A stretch of DNA of 61,665 bases, the filler included, from Squatina squatina (lineage: Eukaryota), in the NCBI GenBank assembly GCA_031763465.1. It is 3 parts of 3 records of this genome, joined end to end, with 100 filler letters (N's around TTAATTAATTAA, not from the genome) between each part and the next. Parts side by side here need not be neighbours in the genome. Positions count along the whole stretch, not along the records: positions 1 to 16,281 come from JARFOE010000046.1; positions 16,382 to 42,002 come from JARFOE010000189.1; 1 more part is not named here. The stretch is one strand, 5' to 3'. The notes below the pieces were generated by a model that was not told where the DNA came from, made no database searches, and was given only the letters and a program-made list of their open reading frames with translations. Below are positions 10,429-20,418 of this stretch, piece by piece; the first letter of the stretch is position 1, and every line of letters begins with the position of its first letter. Position numbers and translations under genes: made by a program.

Positions 10429-11190
10429 CTGAAAGAAAAAAGAGAAACAGCCAAGTGTTTTACTTTGGATTCAAGAAACCTTATTGTGGGGTTTTGCTCA
10501 AACAGTACTTCCATGCAGACTGGATGTTCTGGATAGAATTCCTGGAATCAGTTACCTGGTGTCGTGAGTTAGTACCAATCAGATGAAGACACAACCTTTT
10601 GCCTCACTGTCATGTTTCATGTTTGGATTGGGAAGAGAAAAACTTTAATACTGCAGTGGTTCTGAATACAAGCCTATAGAATCTGGGGACTAATTCCACA
10701 GGTTAGCAGCATGGGCTTCTTTTTAAACTGACAGGGCATGTTACAAATGAGGATTGAGTGAATTGCCAGGGCCAATTTTAAGCTAGTCCACCCAGCTGGA
10801 ACGGGGCAGATGGGGGTCCCAATTAAAAGGTCAAAGATCCGTTCCGTGACATCACATTCTCCCCAATCATTTTAACCTGAAATCGTGGGTGCTCCGCCCA
10901 GTCTCGATCTACCAGCAACACCGAGCGGGATTGGCCTCTGACAGCTCCTGTAGTAGTATAAAAGGGGCTCTCAGCTGCAGCTCACTGGATCGCAGGCTCT
11001 GTTGCTGTCTGGGTTGCCAGAAGAGCTTCAAGGTTGCTATAGCTACATCTACACTTTTGTTGCTTTACAACACTTTTACTCAGATGTCTCCACCACATTC
11101 CTCCTCTCCACAGATTTTTATTTTTGGAAAATAATAGGCCATGAATTTCTGTACAGTTCTTCCAATATCTTGCCATACCTTCAGTGGGAT

Positions 11191-11332
11191 ACAGAAACAT
11201 AGAAACATGGAAAATAGGAGCAGGAGTTGGCCATTCGGCCCTTCGAGCCTGCTCTGCCATTCAATATGATCATAGCTGATCATCCAAATTCAGTACCCTG
11301 TTCCTGCTTTCTCCCCATATCCCTTGATCTCT
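11191..11332 (-). mobile_element. CR1 LINE 3' end
   Basis: acagaaacatagaaacatggaaaataggagcaggagttggccattcggcccttcgagcctgctctgccattcaatatgatcat. Confidence 0.8.
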
Positions 11333-11432
11333 NNNNNNNNNNNNNNNNNNNNNNNNNNNNNNNNNNNNNNNNNNNNNNNNNNNNNNNNNNNNNNNNNNNN
11401 NNNNNNNNNNNNNNNNNNNNNNNNNNNNNNNN

Positions 11433-11818
11433 CTTAGAATTGCAGCAGGTTTTTAAGCATGTGCAGGGGTAGGGAAAGGAGGGAGGGGGAGAAAGAACAA
11501 AAGGGTAGATCTGTGATAGGGTGGAAGGCAGAAAAGATTAAGGGACATTAAGAGATGATTCAAGACAAAAGAAAATGATAATGGGCAAATTAAGAAAGAA
11601 GTGTCTAGATAGGGTGTAAATGGGAAATGCAACAGCCCTTCGGGGGAAACAAAAGCCGAAAATAACTAAATGGTAAAAAAATAGGGCAGAGGTTGTGATC
11701 TGAAAGGGTTGATCTTGATGTTGAATCCGAAAGTCAGTAAAGTGCCTAGATGAAAAATTAGGTGCTGTTCCTCGAGCTTACGTTGAGCTTCATTGGAACA
11801 GTGTAAGGGGCCAAGGAT
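11433..11818 (-). mobile_element. Penelope-like element 3' part with GIY-YIG endonuclease C-terminus
   Basis: Minus strand 11818-11700 reads ILGPLHCSNEAQRKLEEQHLIFHLGTLLTFGFNI, the R..EEQHLIF.LGTL..G.N motif ending PLE endonucleases. The downstream 3' region matches 1612-1740. Confidence 0.8.
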
Positions 11819-12041
11819 CTATGCTATTATGTTTGGAGGGAACAGCCATAGGTGTCTGTTGAAGCAAGCACGTTATAAAGTTACTTTCATAAACTGGGTC
11901 ATATTGTTCAGTATGTATTTATAACTCTTTTAGGATAGTGACAGATATCAAAATCACAGAAACCCAACTCACATTTTCTTCCTGTCAAAACATTGAGTGA
12001 ATTATACGAATTCACTGCCCCAGAATCATTGTATATTTGAA

Positions 12042-12248
12042 CATAGTCATAGAATCATAGAATTTTGCAGCACAAGGGGCCATTTTACTCATTGCACCTG
12101 TGTTGGCTCTCTGAAAGAGCTATCCACTTAGTCCAATTCTCCTCTTTATCCTTTAATTTTTTCATCTTAAAATATTTATCCACTTCCCTTTTAAAAGCTT
12201 TTATGGATTCTGCTTCCACACTTTCTGGTGGGGCATCCCAATCCTAAC
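12042..12248 (-). mobile_element. Degenerate CR1 3' fragment
   Basis: catagtcatagaatcatagaat tail followed by ttatccacttcccttttaaaagc...gattctgcttccacac. Confidence 0.55.
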
Positions 12249-12629
12249 ATTCTTCTTGCATCAGTACCTTGGGGCATTTTACTATGTTAAAGGTGCTTTA
12301 TAAATGTATGTTGTTGTCACTTTAAAAAAATCTCCTAATGTCTCCTCCGTTCTTTTGATGATGATCTTAGATTTAGTTACAATTCACCTACCATTCTTAG
12401 TCATATGATTGCTGCTTCCAAAGAGGAAACAGATGTATAATAACGTCAAGTAAACAGCTGCAAGATGTTGATGTTGAACTCTAATTAAAATGCAATCTAG
12501 TTTACATGGCAGTTAGAGATATATGATAAGGTTTCCATTCAAAGTCCTGGGTGAACGTTGGAAAAGAAGACAAACTAAAACAATCCTGCCATCACTTCAA
12601 TCCCTATGGGAAAATGTTCCCTCTGGATA

Positions 12630-13350
12630 TTATATAGTATTTACAGCACAGACAGGCCATTCGGCTCAACAAGCCCATGCTGGTGTTTATGCTCCACATG
12701 AGCCTCCTCCCACCCTTCTTCATCTCACCCCATCAACATATCCTTCTATTCCTTTCTCCCTCATGTATTTATCCAACTTCTCTTTCAATGCATCTATGCT
12801 AGTCACCCCAACTACTCCTTGTGGTAGCGATTTCCACATTCTAAACACTCTCCTGAATTCCCTGTTGGATTTATTAGTGACTACCTTATATTTATAGTCC
12901 CTAGTTCTGGTCTTCACTGCAAGTGGAAATATCTTCTCTACATTTACCCTATCAAACCCTTTCATAATCTTCAAGACCTCTATCAGATCACCCCTCAGTC
13001 TTCTCTTCTTTAGAGAAAAAAAGAGTCCCAGTCTGTTCATTCTTTCCTAATGGGTATAAATTCTCAGTTCTGGTATCGTTCCAGTAAATGTTTTTGCACC
13101 TTCTCCAGTGCCTCTATATCCTTTTTATAATATGGAGACCAGAACTGTGCACAGTACTCCAAGTGTGGTCTAATCAAGATTCTATACAAGTTTAACCTAA
13201 TTTCTCCTGCTTTACAATTTTATCCCTCGAGAAATGATCCCCAGTGGATGGTTTGTGTTTTTTTAATGGCGTTATTAACCTATATTGCTATTTTTAGTGA
13301 CTGGTTTATCTGTACTCCCAGATCCCTCTGTTTTTCTACCCCATTTTGAC
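12630..13350 (-). mobile_element. CR1 LINE, reverse transcriptase C-terminus and 3' UTR
   Basis: The ORF NRLGLFFSLKKRRLRGDLIEVLKIMKGFDRVN carries the CR1 ORF2 signature LGLFSLE.RRLRGDLIEV.KI.KG. Confidence 0.9.
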
Positions 13351-13355
13351 ACATA

Positions 13356-14020
13356 GGGGCTGAAATTAATCTCCTGCTGTGTCCCATTAGTCCTCTGAGG
13401 GGCACTAATGGGATATAACAGGAAAAAATCGTGCCGGGAGGTTGCCATCTTGCCTCCTGGGAAATTCAGCTGTCCCGCAAAGGCCTTTGCGCCTGCCCAG
13501 TTGAATTTCACAGCGGGTCAGCGCATTACATCATCAAAATGCGCGCCGATCCGCACCGCTTTCGCTCTCCGTTTGCGTCCCGCGGGCTGTGGCCGCAGTG
13601 CAGGGCGGTTGCAGCAACCGTAAAACCTGTTGCTGCAATGGGGCTGTTAAAGGGGAAGCCCTTGGCCAGATAGGGCCACCATCCCCTCATCTGGCACGCC
13701 GACTGGCGTACCGATTGCCAGTGTCCCTGGTGGCCCAGTGTCGGGGTGCCGTCAGGATGGCCAGCAGCCCTCCCCTTTAAGGAAGGCCTGGCTGTGCTGA
13801 TGACATCAGTGCATTTCTGATGCAGCTGGCGTGGTGCTGAAGCCACACCACCGGCGTCCAAGGCCTGCCGCCCCAGTAGCGACCGGGAGCGCGCTGCGCC
13901 TCGCAGGCACCCCGGGTCGCTGAATTCCGCGAGGGGCGGGGCGGGGCGGGTGCCAGCAAGAGAAATGCCAGCTGCCACCCCGTGAGCGTCTGCAGCCTGG
14001 CGCCAATAAATTTCTAGCCC
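13356..14020. mobile_element. GC/CpG-rich MITE with short terminal inverted repeats
   Basis: Left end ta|ggggctgaaatt and right end aatttctagccc|ta, 665 bp, with TA on both flanks. Internal inverted motifs ttaaagggga / tcccctttaa. Confidence 0.7.
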
Positions 14021-14459
14021 TATGTCTCTCTCTCTTCTACTTCAACGATGTGCTGTAACCTCAACCTCAGAGAATCATTGACTTAGGCTGGTCCCAAAAG
14101 TCAAAAGATTGTATCCAAATCCACTTCATCACTCAGATATTTGCTTTTCTATATATTAAAAAAAACAAATTTCAAGGGGACAATAAGCAGATATTCTACC
14201 AATGTTCTCCCTTATGATGTTAACTCACACATTCAGCTCTCACAAGTACTTGTGGGGAAAAAAAAAATCAATGAAAAGAAAAGTGTTGCTGCGTTGTGAC
14301 ATATATATTACCATGCCATCTGTTTGAAAGCTATTACCAAGCAGTTTTAGGGCAAGGAANNNNNNNNNNNNNNNNNNNNNNNNNNNNNNNNNNNNNNNNN
14401 NNNNNNNNNNNNNNNNNNNNNNNNNNNNNNNNNNNNNNNNNNNNNNNNNNNNNNNNNNN

Positions 14460-14672
14460 CTTCAGCTGCCTAGGCCCTAGACTCTGGAATTCCTCCCGAA
14501 ACCTCTCTGCCTCTAAGTCCTTTTAAGGTGCTCCTTAAAACCTACCTCATTGACCAAGCTTTTGGTCACCAGCCCTAATAGCTCGGTGTCAAATTTTATT
14601 TGATATCACCCCTGTGAAGCACCTTGGAATGTTTTACTACATTAAAGGTGCTATATAAATGCAAGTTGTTTT
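14460..14672 (+). mobile_element. L2 LINE 3' end
   Basis: Encodes FSCLGPRLWNS and ends with the tail ttaaaggtgctatataaatgcaagttgtt. Confidence 0.8.
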
Positions 14673-14833
14673 CTTCCTGCTTTATTTCTGGTGATGCTTC
14701 TTGAGGAATACCAATTTACTTCAAGTAGTATTACGAATACGTCAGTGGTCTTGTTTTTCATTATTACAGTAAATGCAATGTGTGCATTGTTTTCTACCTT
14801 GAGACTGAGTGATAGTTATTGGTTTGCTTTTAG

Positions 14834-15038
14834 GTGAGAATATTAACATCTGTTGGAGTCCTGATGGCCAAACCATTGCTGTCGGAAACAAAGATGATGT
14901 AGTGACTTTCATTGATGCAAAATCACACCGATCAAGGGCCGAAGAACAGTTTAAATTTGAAGTGAATGAGATCTCCTGGAACAATGATAATGATATGTTT
15001 TTCCTAACCAATGGCAATGGCTGCATCAACTTGCTCAG
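14834..15038 (+). CDS. THOC3: THO complex subunit 3 (WD40) exon
   Basis: ttttag acceptor and GTAATA donor. Encodes GENINICWSPDGQTIAVGNKDDVVTFIDAKSHRSRAEEQFKFEVNEISWNNDNDMFFLTNGNGCINLL(S), near-identical to human THOC3. Confidence 0.97.
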
Positions 15039-16057
15039 GTAATATAAATTTTGAACTCCACTGAACATTTTACAGCTGGATTGACAAAGATGTATGTATA
15101 ACTATTATTTGTATAGTATTATCATAAGAGGCTACCTCCTTGAGACATACAGCACTTTTTATGTACAGGCAATTCATTTTCAAACTTTGACTAAAAGAAC
15201 AAGTTCAGAAACTGGAAGAATTTGTTAACGATTCAAGTTAACAATTGAGCGCCTTATTTCAACATTGTCTGCTAGACATTTGTATTGTTTAGCATCCATT
15301 CATGCTGTATCTCTATAGCCTTGGGTTGGATTTTTGATTAGTGTTTTAAAAAAAAAATTGCAAATAATTATCTCTGTCTTGCTGGCTAAAGTGCTGCTCT
15401 CTGGCTGAGAAGATAGGCAGGTTACTACTTCCAAATTTGTTCCACTGCTGCTAGTGACCTGGTGTTGGGAAGTATATAAGACAGATGGGGTGACTTGTTA
15501 TACCCCTCCTAAATAGAGACCAAAAATTCCATTATCATCTGGCAGCATAGTTGATACTGGGAGCTCTTTACATGGAAAATTGCATGTGAAAATGCTTATC
15601 CCACTACTTTGTACTGTGGCCAACTTGTGCTCCATAAACCGAATAGTTTTAACTATTCACAAACCATGACAATGAGATAAACCATGAGAGTCTGACGATT
15701 TGTCTGGTACAAGGTTTGGAACAGGGAGGGAGCATGGAAGCAGCTTCTGTCAGTGTCAGAGAATAGTTGATAAATTCCACAGATTTGGGGCAAAGGAAAG
15801 AGATGCAGACTATGCATAACCTTTCTACAACTAATAAATTTAGTCTTATAAACTCGCAGAATGGCTATGTGCAATCTCAAATATTGTCTATTTTGCGTAC
15901 AAAAATTCTATCAGCTATTGGTTATTGCCACTGGTGGCTGATCTCATTGTGCTTTATTGCAATATAGTGAGCTTTATACAACAACTGTCAATTATATAAT
16001 TGGAAATTATTTTGTTGCAATTGCTGAGCACTTCTTTCAATCTTTTTTATACTCCAG

Positions 16058-16219
16058 TTATCCAGAGTTAAAACCTATTCAATCAATCAATGCACATCCT
16101 TCGAATTGCATCTGCATTAAGTTTGATCCAACAGGCAAATACTTTGCTACAGGGAGTGCTGATGCGTTGGTCAGTCTTTGGAGTGTAGATGAACTCGTCT
16201 GTGTAAGGTGCTTCTCCAG
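16058..16219 (+). CDS. THOC3: THOC3 exon
   Basis: ctccag acceptor and GTGCGT donor. Encodes YPELKPIQSINAHPSNCICIKFDPTGKYFATGSADALVSLWSVDELVCVRCFS(R), in frame with the previous exon. Confidence 0.97.
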
Positions 16220-16281
16220 GTGCGTCCCCAATAAATGTGTATATCAGGCTTTGGAATGTGTTTAGAATATTGACTCTTGAC

Positions 16282-16381
16282 NNNNNNNNNNNNNNNNNNN
16301 NNNNNNNNNNNNNNNNNNNNNNNNNTTAATTAATTAANNNNNNNNNNNNNNNNNNNNNNNNNNNNNNNNNNNNNNNNNNNN
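16282..16381. other. Artificial scaffold-joining spacer
   Basis: 44 N, TTAATTAATTAA (16326-16337, stop codons in all six frames), 44 N. Gene context changes from THOC3 to ANK3 across it. Confidence 0.95.
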
Positions 16382-17025
16382 TACTCTTCCTTTAGTTATC
16401 CTCTTGTTCTTTATGTATTTATAAAAGTGAAGTGGAACCTGATGCTACCCACAGGCCATTATGTAGCCGGGTGGGGAGGGATGCATCAATACTAGCTCTT
16501 CAACTGGAGCTGTCCACTTCAATGCCATTTCCCTGCCCTTTCACAGTAGGTACATCAACGTTGTGGCATTTCTGCAAATGGTCTTATAACAGAGCTCAAT
16601 TTCAGAAAACCACGCACACAAAAATATCACCTCATCATGAATCCTCATTCAAGCCAATAGATCAGGGATGGACAAATTTACTGCTGCTTCACAGTCCAGT
16701 GTCTCAGCAAATATTCACTCCAGATTTGCACCATGGTGGTTCTGCTGAGCTGGTGGATCATAGATTATGCTGCTCATAATGTGTGCTCCATCTGCTAAGG
16801 AACCTATTGATTTTCTTACAGTACACTCAGAGGTGACTCTCGGACCGTCCTCTGCAGTGTTCAAAGCACTCAGTATTGGCTCCTGTCCAAGAGGAGCACA
16901 CAGAATGCTCCGGCTTTACAAAGCCNNNNNNNNNNNNNNNNNNNNNNNNNNNNNNNNNNNNNNNNNNNNNNNNNNNNNNNNNNNNNNNNNNNNNNNNNNN
17001 NNNNNNNNNNNNNNNNNNNNNNNNN

Positions 17026-17141
17026 GCTGCGTTTCCTATGTTACAACAGTGACTACACTTCAAAAGTACTTCATTGGCTGTGAAGCGCTTTGGGAAGTCC
17101 TACAGTTGTGAAAGATGCTGTATAATGCAAGTTCTTTCTTT
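17026..17141 (+). mobile_element. DeuSINE 3' fragment
   Basis: gctgcgtttcctatgttacaacagtgactacacttcaaaagtacttcattggctgtgaagcgctttggg, the reverse complement of 51840-51955. Confidence 0.8.
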
Positions 17142-17821
17142 TCATTTTGCTTTTTATTTCTTTCTTTCTAAATTGTCATCACTGATAACAATCTGTAATG
17201 GGGAAAAAAGTATTGATTTTCCTTGATGTGTTCTTCCAGTTGATGGTCGATGTCAAAGGAATTGATTATTGCTGAGCTCGGTCTGGCTTCCAAATCAGTT
17301 GTTGGAATGCTCCTTGTTGCACGTTAATCAAATGAATGCCAATAATTCAAACAAATGCCACCCCAGCTGATATCTCCTCTGTTGACTGTTTTGAGTGCAG
17401 TAACTGGAATAAACAGCAGCAGTTCTAGTTGTAATCTACATTGAGTCATTTCCAGTGGCAAAAGACTGGAATAAATATTGGAAGCATTTGGTGTGCTTAA
17501 ATCGATGTTCCAGCCTGTTCATTTAATCTTCAAAACACAGCTACTTCTTTTGTGCAGCAATATTTGGGTTTGTATAACATTGATCTGACCTTTTAATACC
17601 AATGGGCACGGTCTTTCAGTCAGAAATGATTGGAAGGGCAATTATCATTGCTGAAAAGCTTGCCTTACCATTTGGCCTGCAAGGTTTATAATGTCATCTG
17701 TGTCACACTGACGTAATGTGCACCGTCGAGTGGGTGCCCATTAAATGGCAAGGTGGATCTGCAGCAGCAGGTACCACACCTGTGTGTAGGCATTCTTGCT
17801 GGCCAGGCTAGTTGCTTCATT

Positions 17822-17957
17822 CAAAAGCAAAATACTGCAGATGCTGGAATCTGAAATAAAAGCAGTGAAGGCTGGAAATACTCAGCAGGTCAGGCAGCAT
17901 CTGTGGAGAGAGAGAAACAGAGTCAACGTTTCAGGTAAGGGTCATCAACCTGAAACA
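17822..17957 (-). mobile_element. Penelope-like pseudo-LTR derivative with inverted junction
   Basis: Reverse complement of 1776-1841 (ctggaaatactcagcaggtcaggcagcatctgtggagagag...aacgtttcaggt), followed directly by forward aagggtcatcaacctgaaac. Confidence 0.7.
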
Positions 17958-18366
17958 NNNNNNNNNNNNNNNNNNNNNNNNNNNNNNNNNNNNNNNNNNN
18001 NNNNNNNNNNNNNNNNNNNNNNNNNNNNNNNNNNNNNNNNNNNNNNNNNNNNNNNNNTGTCTGTTTTTGTTTTTGAACATCATAATGTTTTCCATCTGTA
18101 ATATAGAAGTAACACTTTGTTAATTCTGAGTAACGTTACAGCACCATCATGTAGTAATCATCTATTGCTATATTGGCTTTGTCTCCCATGTATATTTCAG
18201 AAGCTCTGCTGAGGGCACAGGAGATAGAACAGAGGGAAAACACGGAGTCAGTGGGAATTTCATCTGACTGAACTGCCCTTTCCCTGTTAAAATGTAGAAA
18301 GCCCTCAGCAATATGGTTACAATCAATTTTGTCCAATTAAACACTTTTTTCCCTCTTTTTAAATAG

Positions 18367-18468
18367 ACTGACACCAACGCAAGCTACTTACGAGCTGCTC
18401 GAGCTGGCAACTTGGAAAAGGCCCTTGACTATATCAAAGCTGGAGTCGACATAAACATCTGCAACCAG
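18367..18468 (+). CDS. ANK3: Ankyrin-G exon, first ankyrin repeat
   Basis: aaatag acceptor and GTTTGT donor. Encodes [34 protein letters not shown]; SYLR, KALDYIK and DINIC are ANK3-type rather than ANK2-type. Confidence 0.93.
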
Positions 18469-19029
18469 GTTTGTGAACTCCGCAGGGATTTCAGTTTCAT
18501 TTTGAGTTATGTGACGGTTTTGGTTCATCACCGAAGTACTATAAAATCTGATGTACATTCAGAAACCTACCTATTGGACCAGTTTATGAGCAGCACATCC
18601 ACATTTAAAGAACACAAAAGTCACAGAGTCTCATGCTCGCAAGAGTGTGTGTAATTCATGGACCATATTTTGCAGCACTTGACTATTAAAGAGCACTCTA
18701 CTGTGACATTCTTTGACTCAATGGGACCACCAAGGAAAGAAAACATCTTTGAATTTTAAAAAGCTAATCTCACATCATTCTATCTGCATGACATTAGATC
18801 TAACCGGGTCCCCATGCTTCAAATAGGGTTCTAACAGTGTAAGCCGTGGCTCAGTGGCAGCATTCTCACCTTGAAGTCAGAAGGCNNNNNNNNNNNNNNN
18901 NNNNNNNNNNNNNNNNNNNNNNNNNNNNNNNNNNNNNNNNNNNNNNNNNNNNNNNNNNNNNNNNNNNNNNNNNNNNNNNNNNNNNGCGGAACAGGCTCGA
19001 GGGGCTCAATGGGGCCTGTGTTCCTGTGG

Positions 19030-19500
19030 TGTAGGCAACTTTGTCAAAAGCTGTAGACAGGTCGAGATGGATGCAGAGGGATAGTTTACTGTGGTCACTG
19101 TCACATAGGATGTCATTTGTGGCTCTGATAAGAGTCATTTCAGTGCAGTGGCAGGAGCAGAAACCCGAATGAAAGGATTCAAACCCAGAGTTGTGAGAAA
19201 AATGGGCAAGGATTTGGGAGGCAACTTGTTTAAGGAGTCTGGAGAGGCAAGGGAGGTTGAGGTTGTGGGTGGTTTTTTTTTTAGGAGAATGGTGATGATG
19301 GTGGTTTTTAAAGGGATAGTACCTGAGGAGAGGGGATAATTTACAATGTCAGTTAGCATGGGGGCCCGGAAGCAAATTTGGGTGGTCAGCAGTTTAGTGG
19401 GAATGAGGTCAAGGGAGCAAGTGGTGGGTTTTGTGGTTGCGATGAGCTTGGGAAAGTCAGGGGTGGGGTGCGGGAGATGAGAGAGAAACTAAAGAGTGTT
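19030..19500 (-). mobile_element. L2 LINE reverse transcriptase fragment (frameshifted)
   Basis: Minus-strand peptides LTDIVNYPLSSGTIPLKTTIITILLKK and TLIRATNDILCDSDHSKLSLCIHLDLSTAFDKV (LDLSAAFD motif). Confidence 0.85.
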
Positions 19501-19881
19501 GCGGGGTTCAGGTATTCGGCTGGTGTGGGGATGGTGCCCTATCCCAGTAGATTCTTCTCAAACGGACCATCTATCTCCCCCAGCGGATGTACCTGTATAG
19601 GTGCTTGCTACAGAAGGAGTGTATGACTCAAGGAAGGCACGGGTTTATTGGGTGCGATTTGCACCTGCGGCTGGTTTCTTGGGGATTGCTGTAGAAACGT
19701 AAGAGGAATATTAGAATACTAGCTGCCAAACACTCTTCACACACAACTTACAAATCTAGTGTTGTGTGCCATGGTGGTGTGNNNNNNNNNNNNNNNNNNN
19801 NNNNNNNNNNNNNNNNNNNNNNNNNNNNNNNNNNNNNNNNNNNNNNNNNNNNNNNNNNNNNNNNNNNNNNNNNNNNNNNNN

Positions 19882-20040
19882 TTGGAGATGGGGAAAAAGG
19901 CTGTTTGAGGGCCAAGAACAATCCAATTGGCTTGGGAAGGCGGTGGGCGTGTCAGGTGATCAGTGGCAGGAACATGGGGGCGGGGCGGTTGGAGGCAGGG
20001 GGTCATGTGATGAAAGCTCCGGGAAAAGCTCCTATTGAGG
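19882..20040. mobile_element. MITE-like fragment, inverted relative to 27955-28251
   Basis: aaaaggctgtttga..ccaattgg..cagtggcaggaacatggg mirrors ccacactcccgccactgg..ccaattgg..tcaaacggcattt. Confidence 0.5.
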
Positions 20041-20394
20041 ACTTTATACTGAGGCTAAAAAGAGAGTAAACGTTTTCAAACTCTTTGTTTTACAGGAACG
20101 TCTGTGATTGCTTTTCTTTTCCAAATTGTGTTCAAGTACTTTCATTCAATGAGAGAATATTACAGATAATGTAAAGTCGGTGTGCAAGGAATCTTTTCCT
20201 CTTCAGTCCCTTCCCGTTCAGTCTTTTTTTAATTCCCTTCCTTTGTTCTGTTGCCGTCTCTACTTCCCATCTTGCTTGGATCACTGCTTTCTTGTCATTC
20301 GTCATCGCTGGGCTTTGTGAACTCGTGTCACCCGTCGGTGAACTAATCCTTCATTTTTCTTTCCTTCTCTTCTCTGCCCAATGTGCTATCGTAG

Positions 20395-20418
20395 ACGATG
20401 GTGAATAGGACCACAGAG
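20395..20418 (+). CDS. ANK3: ANK3 24-nt microexon (TMVNRTTE)
   Basis: Branch-like actaat (20342), long pyrimidine tract, then cgtAG|ACG ATG GTG AAT AGG ACC ACA GAG|GTATAT. Homologous to MMVNRTTE, which precedes SGFTPLH in human ANK2. Confidence 0.9.

Noticed and set aside
13408-14006. Overlapping GC-rich ORFs, or a host CpG-island promoter with first exons
   Set aside because: The block is bounded by TIRs shared with another copy at 8830-8841, and contains no SIMC1 or THOC3 N-terminal peptide.
15424-15510. Hairpin followed by ATATAA in a THOC3 intron as an H/ACA snoRNA
   Set aside because: The second hairpin is too short and there is no properly placed terminal ACA.
16219-18367. THOC3-ANK3 adjacency or fusion
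   Set aside because: The two genes are separated by an artificial spacer.
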